Source: a virus. From it: a DNA stretch of 64,000 bases. Below, piece by piece: positions 45,979 to 54,753 of the stretch (its first letter is position 1; every line of letters begins with the position of its first letter). Below the pieces are notes generated by a model. That model did no database searches and was not told the DNA's origin. It worked only from the letters and a program-made list of their open reading frames with translations. A program made the position numbers and the translations under genes. The DNA is taken from the IMG/VR virus record IMGVR_UViG_3300029267_002727, positions 1 through 64,000 of that record. One strand, given 5' to 3'.

Positions 45979-46177
45979 CTGCTGGTATGACGCGATCCGC
46001 GTGGTAGTGCGCTACATCTTTGATGGATACGTGACCGAGATTCACGACACCGATCGCATCGGGGCCAACGAACACATCGAAGACGCCATTAACCGATTCG
46101 GCCTCGAGAAGATCGAAGCAGACGTTTACCGGGACGCATCGGGCGGCCTGGTCGTTATCACACAGGAGGCAAGTTAA
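45971..46177 (+). CDS. Hypothetical protein
   Basis: GTG after GGAGGAG. Confidence 0.55.
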   Translation: MPSCWYDAIRVVVRYIFDGYVTEIHDTDRIGANEHIEDAINRFGLEKIEADVYRDASGGLVVITQEAS

Positions 46178-46178
46178 G

Positions 46179-47516
46179 ATGGCTATCAGCAGGAAAAAGA
46201 TGATCGAGACGGCCGTGCAAGCGGCCAAGGACATGGGGTGGGAATCGGTCAAATTCGAGGATGACGGCAAGGACGTCATGATCGTTCTCAATGCCCCGGG
46301 CGCGGCCGAGCAGATGACCGAGCCATGCCGGCTACCCACGCTGGTCCGGGCCGTGCGCAACGTTGGGCCCGCAGCGGACTACCCGGCCATCGAAGAGTAC
46401 CCGGTGCGCTACGACGAGAGCATGCCCTACGAAGGCCACGAGGACCCGCGCGAGCAGTACGTCCAGCCAGTAACCAAGTGGGACGAGGTTTACTCGCCCC
46501 CAGAGGATCGGCCGGGCGATTACGTAGAAGAGGAGGCATTTCCTCCCGAACACTACGGGCCCGAGAAGGACCCCTTCACCGTGGACGCGGCCGTAGAGAT
46601 CTCCGAGGCCGAGAGCCACGCAGATGAACCGACCGAGCTCGAGAAACCCGAGCCGGATGATGATCCGTTCGCCGGCCTGGAAGTGCCGGCCGAGATCGTG
46701 GAGGTGGCGACCGAGCCGCTCCCCGAGAAGGAGGAGGCAAAAGTGGCGAAGAAACGTGCGCGTCGTGCGAGTGAGTCCCGTGACGATCTGATCGCTCGCT
46801 GCAAGGCCCTGGGGATCACGGGCTACTCTCGCCTGAACGTCAAGTCTCTGAGGGCCCTGATCCGCAACGTGGAGCGAAACCGCGAAGAGATCGGCCGGCT
46901 CGCCGCGGCGCTAGATGCCGCCGAGCAGCTACCGGGCCCAATCGAGGACGTCAGTGGTCACGGCATCGAGCCGCCCACCATCAAGGTGAGCCCCAAGATG
47001 GCGGCGACCGAGGGTGACGTGTTTGTGCAGGACCGCGGTGGGATCGCCCACCCAGAACAGATCTTCCCCCAGGAGGAAACCACAGTGAACCTCTCTGCTG
47101 AAACCGTCGAGAAGCTGGGCCTGCGCGACGAGATGATCGACCTGGGTGAGGGCCGCTGCGCCATTGCCCGCCACGGCAACGATACCAAGGTGTTCAGCCG
47201 CAAGATCAGCGCCAGCCTGAAGACTCAGATGGAGGGGAACGGCTGGAAGTTCTTCAACGTGACCGGCGAGCGAGCGCGGGAACTGTTGCGCAACAAGCGC
47301 AAGGCCGCAGGCATGGGCACCGCGCCCGTCGCCATCTCCCACAAGCGCGGTGAGGACTGCGTGGAGCGTCTGAACGGCCGGGTGTACGCAAAGCCTGGCT
47401 ACATGTTCCGCCTCAGCCTCAAATCCGACCCGTCCGTAACCAACGAGTTCGCCACCATCAACGAGGCCGTATGGCGCAAGCTCTGGAATATCGCGGTGGT
47501 GTACGTGGGCGTGTAG
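46179..47516 (+). CDS. Acidic multidomain protein with a Rho-N/HeH-like nucleic-acid-binding motif (445 aa)
   Basis: SRDDLIARCKALGITGYSRLNVKSLRALI resembles the Rho N-terminal helical motif. Confidence 0.65.
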   Translation: MAISRKKMIETAVQAAKDMGWESVKFEDDGKDVMIVLNAPGAAEQMTEPCRLPTLVRAVRNVGPAADYPAIEEYPVRYDESMPYEGHEDPREQYVQPVTKWDEVYSPPEDRPGDYVEEEAFPPEHYGPEKDPFTVDAAVEISEAESHADEPTELEKPEPDDDPFAGLEVPAEIVEVATEPLPEKEEAKVAKKRARRASESRDDLIARCKALGITGYSRLNVKSLRALIRNVERNREEIGRLAAALDAAEQLPGPIEDVSGHGIEPPTIKVSPKMAATEGDVFVQDRGGIAHPEQIFPQEETTVNLSAETVEKLGLRDEMIDLGEGRCAIARHGNDTKVFSRKISASLKTQMEGNGWKFFNVTGERARELLRNKRKAAGMGTAPVAISHKRGEDCVERLNGRVYAKPGYMFRLSLKSDPSVTNEFATINEAVWRKLWNIAVVYVGV

Positions 47517-47526
47517 ACCGTTCTCT

Positions 47527-47550
47527 GGGGGAGCCCCTGGTGGCTCCCCC
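47527..47550 (+). terminator. GC-rich hairpin at the end of the pre-early block (no U-tract)
   Basis: GGGGGAGCC-CCTGGT-GGCTCCCCC. Confidence 0.45.
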
Positions 47551-47569
47551 CACCTACTCAGGGGGCGAA

Positions 47570-47612
47570 TGTGAATTGGCCCCTTGACAGGTGTTTAGTT
47601 GCATGGTAGAAT
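47570..47612 (+). promoter_or_regulatory. sigma70-type promoter TGTGAATTGG-CCCC-TTGACA-17-TAGAAT
   Basis: Consensus hexamers, extended -10. Confidence 0.8.
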
Positions 47613-47634
47613 GAGAACCAGATAAGGAGGCCCT

Positions 47635-48183
47635 ATGAACGATCAAGACCTAGCACGGCTAGTACTGGCAGGATACCCGATCTGGGTCGAGGTGACGGAC
47701 GCACGGCTAGAAGTCTGCCCCCCGGACGGCCCTTCCCCCTCCCCATTTCCGTACGCCGAGTGGCTCGAGTACGCGGACGAGAACACCACCGAGGCCCTGG
47801 ACATCTACGTAGAGTACAACGGCGAAATGTACTGGGCCGGCGAGCTCCTGAGCGGCATAGGGATCGGGCCCCTCCTCCGTAGTGAGGACGCCATGCGGGA
47901 GTATGCGTATCAGGGCGCGCGCGACCCGTTCCGACAGTGGGACGGGTTCTGTACAGAATGCTACAAGTTTTGTAGGAGGCGGCGCGTGATGCGGTCGATC
48001 GGTGGCGGGGAGTGGCAGTGCCCTTACTGTGACGCTATCGAGTATCACCCAGGGGACCTAGAGAGCCCGACCCTGACCACGAACAAGCAGAGAGCTCGGC
48101 GAATGGCCGAGCTCCTATGGGGTCTAGGGTTGCAGGAGCAAGCCCTGGAGTACGATCCAAGATATTCCCCGGAGGTAAACTGA
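47635..48183 (+). CDS. Hypothetical protein with zinc ribbon
   Basis: CTEC...CPYC; AAGGAGG RBS. Confidence 0.65.
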   Translation: MNDQDLARLVLAGYPIWVEVTDARLEVCPPDGPSPSPFPYAEWLEYADENTTEALDIYVEYNGEMYWAGELLSGIGIGPLLRSEDAMREYAYQGARDPFRQWDGFCTECYKFCRRRRVMRSIGGGEWQCPYCDAIEYHPGDLESPTLTTNKQRARRMAELLWGLGLQEQALEYDPRYSPEVN

Positions 48184-48404
48184 TGGACCCAGAACAGGCA
48201 CGCACGATTTCGATAGTACGCGAACTGGTGTGCGGCAAGCAACTGACGCTACCCAATGGTTACACCCTGGCCATGAGCAAAGATATGACCATCGGGTTCA
48301 TCATGGGGTGTCAGGACTACATTGTGGGATCTATGACACTGGCGCAACTGCACGCACTACTCACCAAGTTCGATATCGGACCAGTCATCCCGGAGGTGAA
48401 CTGA
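48183..48404 (+). CDS. Hypothetical protein
   Basis: TGATG coupling, GGAGG RBS. Confidence 0.55.
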   Translation: MDPEQARTISIVRELVCGKQLTLPNGYTLAMSKDMTIGFIMGCQDYIVGSMTLAQLHALLTKFDIGPVIPEVN

Positions 48405-48658
48405 TGCAGAACCACAAGGACGAACTGACCAGCAAGCAGATCGCGGAACGTGAAAGGCTCTTGGCGCACGGTCTCCCCGAAGGCTATGGGGAGGAAGTCC
48501 CGGAGATGGATGGGGAAGAAGACCCCCGCAGCCGGCACGAGCGACGCGCGGACGCAGCCAGGGCCCGGAAGAAGAAGGCCCGCGAGGCCAAGATCCGAGC
48601 CAGGCGTAATCGGGCCCGCAAGAACAAGCGAGGAAAGAAGCGAGGGAAGAAGCAATGA
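48404..48658 (+). CDS. Protein with Arg/Lys-rich C-terminus
   Basis: SRHERRADAARARKKK... Confidence 0.6.
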   Translation: MQNHKDELTSKQIAERERLLAHGLPEGYGEEVPEMDGEEDPRSRHERRADAARARKKKAREAKIRARRNRARKNKRGKKRGKKQ

Positions 48659-49026
48659 GCGTGCTTAGTAACCCCACAGAGTGGGCAGAGGGATACCGGG
48701 CGTTCTGGCGAGGGCTGTCGTGGCAGGATACCCCGTACGAAAGCGGCCCAAAGTGGTCGGCATGGGATAGGGGCTGGACGTACGCGGCCAACCAAGAAGC
48801 GGAAGAACAGCGGCGGCGCAACGAGAGCGAACCAATCGACACACCCGCCAGCAGTGAACTATCCGTTGCCTGGTCCCGCGGCTATCTCCACTACTGGCAC
48901 GACAACCGTCCCAACGAGTATGAAAAAGGCTCCATCGAGTACGCCGACTGGCAGGTAGGGTTTGAAGATGCCGCCGAGGAGGACTACCTCGACACCATAG
49001 AAACTGAGGAGGAGCTTGATGATTGA
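48655..49026 (+). CDS. Rmf/CrpP-fold protein (2 repeats)
   Basis: WAEGYRA..RG....TPY.....WDRGW, twice. Confidence 0.65.
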   Translation: MSVLSNPTEWAEGYRAFWRGLSWQDTPYESGPKWSAWDRGWTYAANQEAEEQRRRNESEPIDTPASSELSVAWSRGYLHYWHDNRPNEYEKGSIEYADWQVGFEDAAEEDYLDTIETEEELDD

Positions 49027-49324
49027 GATCTACGAGGTGACGCACCACCTCCCCTACGTGTGCCCCAACTGTGAGGGCCGCCTGACTGTAGTGGGAACCG
49101 CAACGAACGAACGCAACAACCCGGTGATCGGCCTATACTGCCCGCGCTGTGACAGGGCAATGGAGATCGAGATCGTCCTCGACGGCCGGCGCAATCCGCA
49201 CGCCGAGGGATATGCCCAGTACGAGCTCTACCTCGATGTTACCAACCCCTATCGCGATGAGTGGCACGCCCAGCGCTTTCATCAGGGAGTGGAAGACGCC
49301 AAGAAAGACGAGATCCCCTTCTAG
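49016..49324 (+). CDS. Zinc ribbon plus Rmf-like domain, ending in DEIPF
   Basis: CPNC..CPRC; HAEGY..NPY..F.QG. Confidence 0.6.
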   Translation: MMIEIYEVTHHLPYVCPNCEGRLTVVGTATNERNNPVIGLYCPRCDRAMEIEIVLDGRRNPHAEGYAQYELYLDVTNPYRDEWHAQRFHQGVEDAKKDEIPF

Positions 49325-49334
49325 GAGGACCAAG

Positions 49335-49625
49335 ATGAGTAGCGAGAGCTACCACGAGGGATACCTTGACTTCCAGCGCGGCCACGGGTGCCAATGCAAC
49401 CCCTACACCCCCATGACCTGCGAGTGGCGTGGTTGGAGAAATGGTTGGTTCCAGGCCAAGCAAGATAAGGGCTGGCCCTGGCACGAAGGCTACGATGCCT
49501 ACCAGAATGGCATTTCCTGGACCGACAACCCGCATCCAGTGAACGCCGAAGACAATGCGTGGCTGGAGTGGGACGCCGGCTGGGAGCAGGCCCGGCGAGA
49601 AGAGGAAGCTATCCAGGATGAGTGA
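49335..49625 (+). CDS. Rmf/CrpP-fold protein (2 repeats)
   Basis: YHEGY..NPY..W.NGW; WHEGY..NPH..WDAGW. Confidence 0.65.
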   Translation: MSSESYHEGYLDFQRGHGCQCNPYTPMTCEWRGWRNGWFQAKQDKGWPWHEGYDAYQNGISWTDNPHPVNAEDNAWLEWDAGWEQARREEEAIQDE

Positions 49626-49893
49626 ATCAACCGCCTACGTCGAAGGATACTGCGCTTGGGCAGATGGGAGCCTGTGCCCGTACGTTTCTCTGTCTCAGGA
49701 GTGGTGGGACTGGCATCGCGGCTACTGGCAGGCTAAACAGGAGGACTTTGAGGCCCAAACCCCGTACCAGGAAGGCCATGAAGCCTACTTTCGAGACGTG
49801 GACCTGGACGATAACCCCTACCCGCCCTCTGAGTCCGCGCACGCTGACTGGAACGCCGGCTGGACGCAGGGTGAGCTAGAGGTTATAGATTGA
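49618..49893 (+). CDS. Rmf/CrpP-fold protein (2 repeats)
   Basis: YVEGY..CPY..W.RGY; YQEGH..NPY..WNAGW. Confidence 0.65.
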   Translation: MSESTAYVEGYCAWADGSLCPYVSLSQEWWDWHRGYWQAKQEDFEAQTPYQEGHEAYFRDVDLDDNPYPPSESAHADWNAGWTQGELEVID

Positions 49894-50006
49894 TAACCAT
49901 ATCTGGTTATCGACCAGGGCACGCACGTAGGGGCCCAAAAGAGTGAAGACGTCAGACACCTGTGTAGCGCTACAGTAGCGTTACACCGCGTTACAGGAGA
50001 TATAGC

Positions 50007-50324
50007 ATGAGCCCATTTGATGAAGGCTACCAAGCATACTGGAACGGCGAGGGCCCCGAGGCCAATGCGTACGAAGACGGCGAGAACAGGTTCTTCTGGA
50101 ACACAGGCTGGGTATGGGCAGAGTATGATGACGCCAGCCGCACGAATGAGCCAGCGCGCAAACTGCTCAGTGGCGAGGCCGTAGAGATCAACACGGTGGG
50201 AGGCCTGCGCGGAGCGATCGCGGCGCTGCCGGATGTACTCGATGTTCGGGCGTGCTCGGATCAGGGCTTCCACTTCATTACCCTCATGGTCGATGGGAAC
50301 ACGCTGCTTATGGAGGCTGAGTAA
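50007..50324 (+). CDS. Rmf-like domain protein
   Basis: FDEGYQA..G....NAY..WNTGW. Confidence 0.6.
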   Translation: MSPFDEGYQAYWNGEGPEANAYEDGENRFFWNTGWVWAEYDDASRTNEPARKLLSGEAVEINTVGGLRGAIAALPDVLDVRACSDQGFHFITLMVDGNTLLMEAE

Positions 50325-50325
50325 T

Positions 50326-50526
50326 ATGTGGGGCTTTGAGATAGCAAGTGATGGTACTCCGGTGGCCGTTGAGGTGCCAACCCCGTACGAGCAGGGCCAC
50401 CTGGCCTTCTTCGAGGACAAGGATCTGTCTGAGAACCCGCACATCCGTGACGACTACCGGGCAGAATGGGAGGATGGCTGGCACGCAGCCCGAGCCGAGC
50501 AGCGATGGCGGCGGAAGAGGAAATAA
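50326..50526 (+). CDS. Rmf-like domain protein
   Basis: YEQGH.A....NPH..WEDGW. Confidence 0.6.
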   Translation: MWGFEIASDGTPVAVEVPTPYEQGHLAFFEDKDLSENPHIRDDYRAEWEDGWHAARAEQRWRRKRK

Positions 50527-50566
50527 CTATGAGCGAACTGAGCATACCCGAGATGGAGGCTGAGTA

Positions 50567-50806
50567 ATGAGACCATGCGAGGAGCAAGAGTACAGGTGTG
50601 GACGCAATGCGTTCCTCGACTCGTTTCCATACGACAAAAGCAGATCGGGCGCCTGGCGCAGCGGCTGGATGCACGAGTATCACGTGGCCAGGCGCCAAGA
50701 CCGGGCCGACCTCACTGACGAGATCGAGGCAGCGCTGAGAAAGTACGGGCTATCCTTCCATGACGCGCACAATGCCGTCACAGAGGCCCTGGATCGTGTA
50801 TTCTAG
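50567..50806 (+). CDS. Rmf-like domain protein (divergent)
   Basis: YRCGRNA...PY...WRSGW. Confidence 0.55.
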   Translation: MRPCEEQEYRCGRNAFLDSFPYDKSRSGAWRSGWMHEYHVARRQDRADLTDEIEAALRKYGLSFHDAHNAVTEALDRVF

Positions 50807-50814
50807 GAGGTGAC

Positions 50815-51159
50815 ATGACCGACAAATGCTACAACGAAGGCGTATTGGCCCGCAAGCGCAACGAGTCCAGGGATAGTTGCCCCTATTATACGTCCAATCG
50901 TGTAGACTGGCTCCGTGGCTGGGATGACCAGGACTGGCGTATCTCCCGTACTACCCCTATAGGCTACGACGACATCGTGGTACGGATACCTATGTACCCG
51001 GAGGACATGGCAGACTGGCCGTACGCAGAGATACGGGAAGCCGTGATGGAAGCCCTGATAGAGGGGCTGGAAGATGTCTTCATCGCTACCCCCGCCTGTA
51101 TGAGCAGGGAAGACGCGGAGGAGTGCGTTGCCGAGGCGGTGGGCAGGGTGTGGCAATGA
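50815..51159 (+). CDS. Rmf-like domain protein
   Basis: YNEGVLARKRNESRDSCPYYTSNRVDWLRGW closely parallels RMF. Confidence 0.65.
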   Translation: MTDKCYNEGVLARKRNESRDSCPYYTSNRVDWLRGWDDQDWRISRTTPIGYDDIVVRIPMYPEDMADWPYAEIREAVMEALIEGLEDVFIATPACMSREDAEECVAEAVGRVWQ

Positions 51160-51177
51160 GCGCCGAGACATGGCAAG

Positions 51178-51408
51178 ATGGCACTATATAGTATAGCGGC
51201 CCTCGCAATAAGTGACACCGGCTCCGAAATATGGGTCGGCAGTGTTCTGGCAGACACTCAGGAGGAGGCCGAGAGGTACGGCCTCGGGGTGGCGCTAGAT
51301 TGGCTCCCCTGTTCGTGTGGGTACAGATCCCACAGATGCTGGGCAACACAGGTTCCTGACGGGTATGTACACAAAGCATACCACGAGATTCACGCTCTAG
51401 GGAGGTGA
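51178..51408 (+). CDS. Hypothetical protein (paralogue of 51997-52281)
   Basis: LY..A...GSV.A.TQEEA. Confidence 0.55.
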   Translation: MALYSIAALAISDTGSEIWVGSVLADTQEEAERYGLGVALDWLPCSCGYRSHRCWATQVPDGYVHKAYHEIHALGR

Positions 51409-51412
51409 ATGT

Positions 51413-51571
51413 ATGTCTCGAACTTGTATGAGCAACGCCTGGAAAGAAGGGTTTAAGGCATACCAGTGCGGTGTTCCGTTCGGCGCTAACCCCTATCCCA
51501 TTTGCTACGATGATGACAGGTGGATAGAATGGGAAAATGGCTGGGTCCAAGCGTGTAAATGGTCGCAGTAA
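51413..51571 (+). CDS. Rmf-like protein (52 aa, not in the ORF track)
   Basis: MSRTCMSNAWKEGFKAYQCGVPFGANPYPICYDDDRWIEWENGWVQACKWSQ; GGAGGT RBS. Confidence 0.65.
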   Translation: MSRTCMSNAWKEGFKAYQCGVPFGANPYPICYDDDRWIEWENGWVQACKWSQ

Positions 51572-51591
51572 TGAGTGAGTAAGGAGGTAAC

Positions 51592-51993
51592 ATGAAAGAC
51601 AATACAGTCAGTAACCTGGCCCTCTGGCTGGGCGATGTTCTGGCCGAACGCGCTGACGAAGTGAGTGCCCCTGAGTGCCGCGCTGCCCTGGAGCAGGCAA
51701 TGGAGAGCGTCGGGATCCCAGACCACATGGAGGGATACGACGAGATCGTCGGTTTCGACGAGAAGAGCGACACCGAGCAGTGGCTGATCTGCTGGATCGG
51801 CACGCTTACCCCGGACAAGCAGTTCGGGGACAGCCCCAGTCAGGGGTGGTCGCTCGTCGCCAACTTCTGGAGCGTGGAGTTCAACCTGTTCATCCGTGAG
51901 TTGGCCCAGAAGATGGAAGAGCACGTTGACTACTGCGTAGACGAGAAGCTGAAAGAGATCCGCGACTACTATGAGTGCGGGGATGGGTGGTAA
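51592..51993 (+). CDS. Acidic hypothetical protein
   Basis: AAGGAGGT RBS. Confidence 0.6.
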   Translation: MKDNTVSNLALWLGDVLAERADEVSAPECRAALEQAMESVGIPDHMEGYDEIVGFDEKSDTEQWLICWIGTLTPDKQFGDSPSQGWSLVANFWSVEFNLFIRELAQKMEEHVDYCVDEKLKEIRDYYECGDGW

Positions 51994-51996
51994 GCC

Positions 51997-52281
51997 ATGA
52001 GACTGTACGCAGTGGCAATGAGCGCCAGCTACGTAGAGGGCAATGAGGTGTATATCGAGACCCTAGCAGGTTCGGTGTGGGCCCGCTCTCAAGATGAAGC
52101 CGTAGGAGCAGGGTATCGCCGCGTTGCACAAGACTACCCCCTCAGCGACGGATGGGAAAACTACTCTGTCGCGGCCTCTGAGATCCCAGAAGAGGCGCGA
52201 TTGATGCCCGAAATCAAGCTGGAAGAAGACTACGAAGACTACGCACAAGGGTACGCCATGGGTTTGGGATACGACCCATAA
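51997..52281 (+). CDS. Hypothetical protein (paralogue of 51178-51408)
   Basis: LY.VA...GSVWARSQDEA. Confidence 0.55.
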   Translation: MRLYAVAMSASYVEGNEVYIETLAGSVWARSQDEAVGAGYRRVAQDYPLSDGWENYSVAASEIPEEARLMPEIKLEEDYEDYAQGYAMGLGYDP

Positions 52282-52301
52282 GACATGGTAAAGGAGCTAA
52301 C

Positions 52302-52664
52302 ATGAGCGCAACAGGCCCCGACCAAACTTGGGAAGAAGGATACAACGCCGGGTTCTACGAGGGGAAACACGCCGACAACCCATACAGTGGGCACGACGAG
52401 AGGTTTCACCCGTGGAACCAGGGCGTACAGGCAGGGTACGATGACGGCTTCTGGCCATTCTATGACGAGGGTATCGAAGCGCGCAGTGATCGCGAGCGCC
52501 TCGAAGATAACCCATACGAGCCTCGCACTCTCGAGTCAGAGATGTGGAAACGCGGCTGGATAGCCGAGTTTGAGAGAGTGCACGAAGACCGTGGGTGGCA
52601 CTGGCTGTTCAAAGCGTCTGATCGCATTGTCTTTCAGCCGGAGGGGGAGATATGCTCTACCTAG
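52302..52664 (+). CDS. Rmf/CrpP-fold protein (2 repeats)
   Basis: WEEGYNA..NPY..WNQG; YDEGIEA..NPY..WKRGW. Confidence 0.65.
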   Translation: MSATGPDQTWEEGYNAGFYEGKHADNPYSGHDERFHPWNQGVQAGYDDGFWPFYDEGIEARSDRERLEDNPYEPRTLESEMWKRGWIAEFERVHEDRGWHWLFKASDRIVFQPEGEICST

Positions 52665-52855
52665 AGATGACCGACGAACAAGAGGCCCGCTATGATGAGC
52701 TCTGCGCACGCGAAGCGGTGCTCCAGGATGAGGTGAGTCATCTCCCCGTCCTTGGCGCAGTCTACCGCCTTGCCAAGATCGACGAGGAGCTCACAGACAT
52801 TCACTATGAAGTGGCCGAGATGCTCGATGCCATGATCGCGGAGGCAAGACGATGA
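52652..52855 (+). CDS. Small acidic hypothetical protein
   Basis: Operon packing. Confidence 0.55.
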   Translation: MLYLEMTDEQEARYDELCAREAVLQDEVSHLPVLGAVYRLAKIDEELTDIHYEVAEMLDAMIAEARR

Positions 52856-53235
52856 GGGAAAGATACGGTATCTGGAGTGAAGACCTGGGATGGTACGTTG
52901 GCACGTTCCTGGGACTGGGGTTCTTCGAGCAGCACGTCAAGGATGATGACTGCTCCATTGCGGAGCGCCCAGTCGAGTTCGAGTCGTTCACGGAAGCGGA
53001 CGAGTTCTTGGAGTCTTGGTGTGGCGGCCGCGCAGGTTGCCAGGTGAGATCCTATACACGCAGTAGTTGCAATGCGTTCCTTGAACGCATCGGCTACTGG
53101 GAGTATCTGCAACAGGCCACCGATCACGAACTCGAAGAGACTGTGGATACTTGGAAACGCAGAGAGGCAACCCACATCATCGAGGGTGGCCGCGCGGAGA
53201 TGATAGCCTATATTGCCAGAAAGGAACTGGAATGA
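52852..53235 (+). CDS. Hypothetical protein
   Basis: ATGA coupling. Confidence 0.55.
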   Translation: MRERYGIWSEDLGWYVGTFLGLGFFEQHVKDDDCSIAERPVEFESFTEADEFLESWCGGRAGCQVRSYTRSSCNAFLERIGYWEYLQQATDHELEETVDTWKRREATHIIEGGRAEMIAYIARKELE

Positions 53236-53456
53236 ACGACTATGATCTCGCCCTTGAGGCAGTGGCCGAGGGATGGGCCATACTGCAAATGCTGGCCGAA
53301 ACCGACAATGACGAACGGTGGTTTGCCAGCACGTTTGCCAGTAACCTGGACGGTATCGCAGCGAAACTGGGCTGGCCCAACGCGCTGGCTATCTGCCGTT
53401 ACCAGGCAGAAGAAGAAAACAAGTACCGGGATAGGTACTACTATATGTACTACTAG
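53232..53456 (+). CDS. Hypothetical protein
   Basis: ATGA coupling. Confidence 0.55.
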   Translation: MNDYDLALEAVAEGWAILQMLAETDNDERWFASTFASNLDGIAAKLGWPNALAICRYQAEEENKYRDRYYYMYY

Positions 53457-53465
53457 GAGGCAGTC

Positions 53466-53780
53466 ATGGATCTGGTTTTAGTCAAAACTGTGAGGATAAT
53501 CGACGGCCAGCAGGTGATGGACTGGGTACAGGCCGAGTTCGGCCGCTTTGTTGGTATGGCCTGCGAGGGGGCCGTCGATATGCAGGGCGAGTCCTGCTGG
53601 TGCGTGTGGAGTGTCCAGCTTGACCAGTACACGTGTACCCACGACGTCGCCGATGTGCTCGACACGCTACAATTCCAGGTAAGCCGCCATGGAGAAGTGG
53701 AGCTCATGGATGTCCTGGAGTACCTGTACCATATTGGGGAAATAGACCCCGGAATGTACACGTTCTACGCTGAGTGGTAA
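53466..53780 (+). CDS. Hypothetical protein
   Basis: AGGAGG RBS. Confidence 0.6.
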   Translation: MDLVLVKTVRIIDGQQVMDWVQAEFGRFVGMACEGAVDMQGESCWCVWSVQLDQYTCTHDVADVLDTLQFQVSRHGEVELMDVLEYLYHIGEIDPGMYTFYAEW

Positions 53781-53790
53781 GGAGGCCAGT

Positions 53791-54021
53791 ATGAACATTG
53801 TCTGTGCAAACTGCGGAAAGTGGCGCAAACACTACGCCAAAGGGCTATGCTTGCGCTGTTATCAGAGCAAGTGGGAGCGCGAGCACGGCCACTCCCGTTC
53901 TGTGGGATTCTGTACAGAATGCAACAAGATGAGGCAATTGGTGGCCCGTGGTATGTGTTCCGCTTGCTACCAGCGCGACAGGCGCAAGAGACAGAAGGAG
54001 GCCGGGGATGCATGCACTTAA
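53791..54021 (+). CDS. Cys-rich tandem zinc-finger protein
   Basis: Two CxxC..(H/L)xA(K/R)GxCxxCY repeats. Confidence 0.65.
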   Translation: MNIVCANCGKWRKHYAKGLCLRCYQSKWEREHGHSRSVGFCTECNKMRQLVARGMCSACYQRDRRKRQKEAGDACT

Positions 54022-54226
54022 GAAACACGACGATTCCGCCAATGACTATGACCTGAACGAGATGCACACGTGCGTCTGGATCCACATCGGAAACCTGTCC
54101 GTTTGCATCCATGAAACAGACGAGGGCGTGGCAGCTAATATCTGGCCACGCCCCGCCGCTGACGCGCAGGGGCCCCTCACCAGTACGTACGCGTTCTTTA
54201 CGGAGGCCGAAGATGGCGAAAGTTAG
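54008..54226 (+). CDS. Hypothetical protein
   Basis: RBS GGAGG; VWI.IGN.SV.I..TDEGV. Confidence 0.55.
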   Translation: MHALKKHDDSANDYDLNEMHTCVWIHIGNLSVCIHETDEGVAANIWPRPAADAQGPLTSTYAFFTEAEDGES

Positions 54227-54425
54227 ATATAAACGCACGGTCACGATCACGATCCAGTTCGGCGAGAAAGACGATCTCGAGACGCTGTGCAGTATATTCG
54301 AGGAAGTGATCGGATGCGTCCCCGCAGACATCACCCTGGATGAGATCGAGGACGCATTCATGAACGTGCTCGCGGCAGAGCGGGAGTGGGAACTGGGAGG
54401 AGACGAAGATGCAAACAGTGAATGA
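54213..54425 (+). CDS. Hypothetical protein
   Basis: GGAGG RBS. Confidence 0.55.
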   Translation: MAKVRYKRTVTITIQFGEKDDLETLCSIFEEVIGCVPADITLDEIEDAFMNVLAAEREWELGGDEDANSE

Positions 54426-54753
54426 AGTCAGGCTCGCCATCCTCGAGAACTTTATGAAGGATGTGTCTATCGCCCTTCAGGACGAGAGTGACCCAGAAAA
54501 CTTGCGGTGGCGACTGTCCGAGATCGAGGCGACATACGTCTCCGCGCTGGAGGTTGCCACGCCCAAGGTTGGTGACAAGGTGAAGATCGTCCGTGCGTGC
54601 ATCGACGCCGACATGCTGAACATTGCAGATGCTATGATCGAGAAGCTGCACGAGCGCGGCACAGTAAACGCGGTCTACCCAAGGACGCAGGCAGTCGAAC
54701 TCGACTCTACCGTGTTCGCGTTCACGTTCGACGAGGTGGCCCTGTGCAGGTAG
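54409..54753 (+). CDS. Hypothetical protein (C-terminal SH3-like segment)
   Basis: KVGDKVKIV...GTV. Confidence 0.55.
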   Translation: MQTVNEVRLAILENFMKDVSIALQDESDPENLRWRLSEIEATYVSALEVATPKVGDKVKIVRACIDADMLNIADAMIEKLHERGTVNAVYPRTQAVELDSTVFAFTFDEVALCR

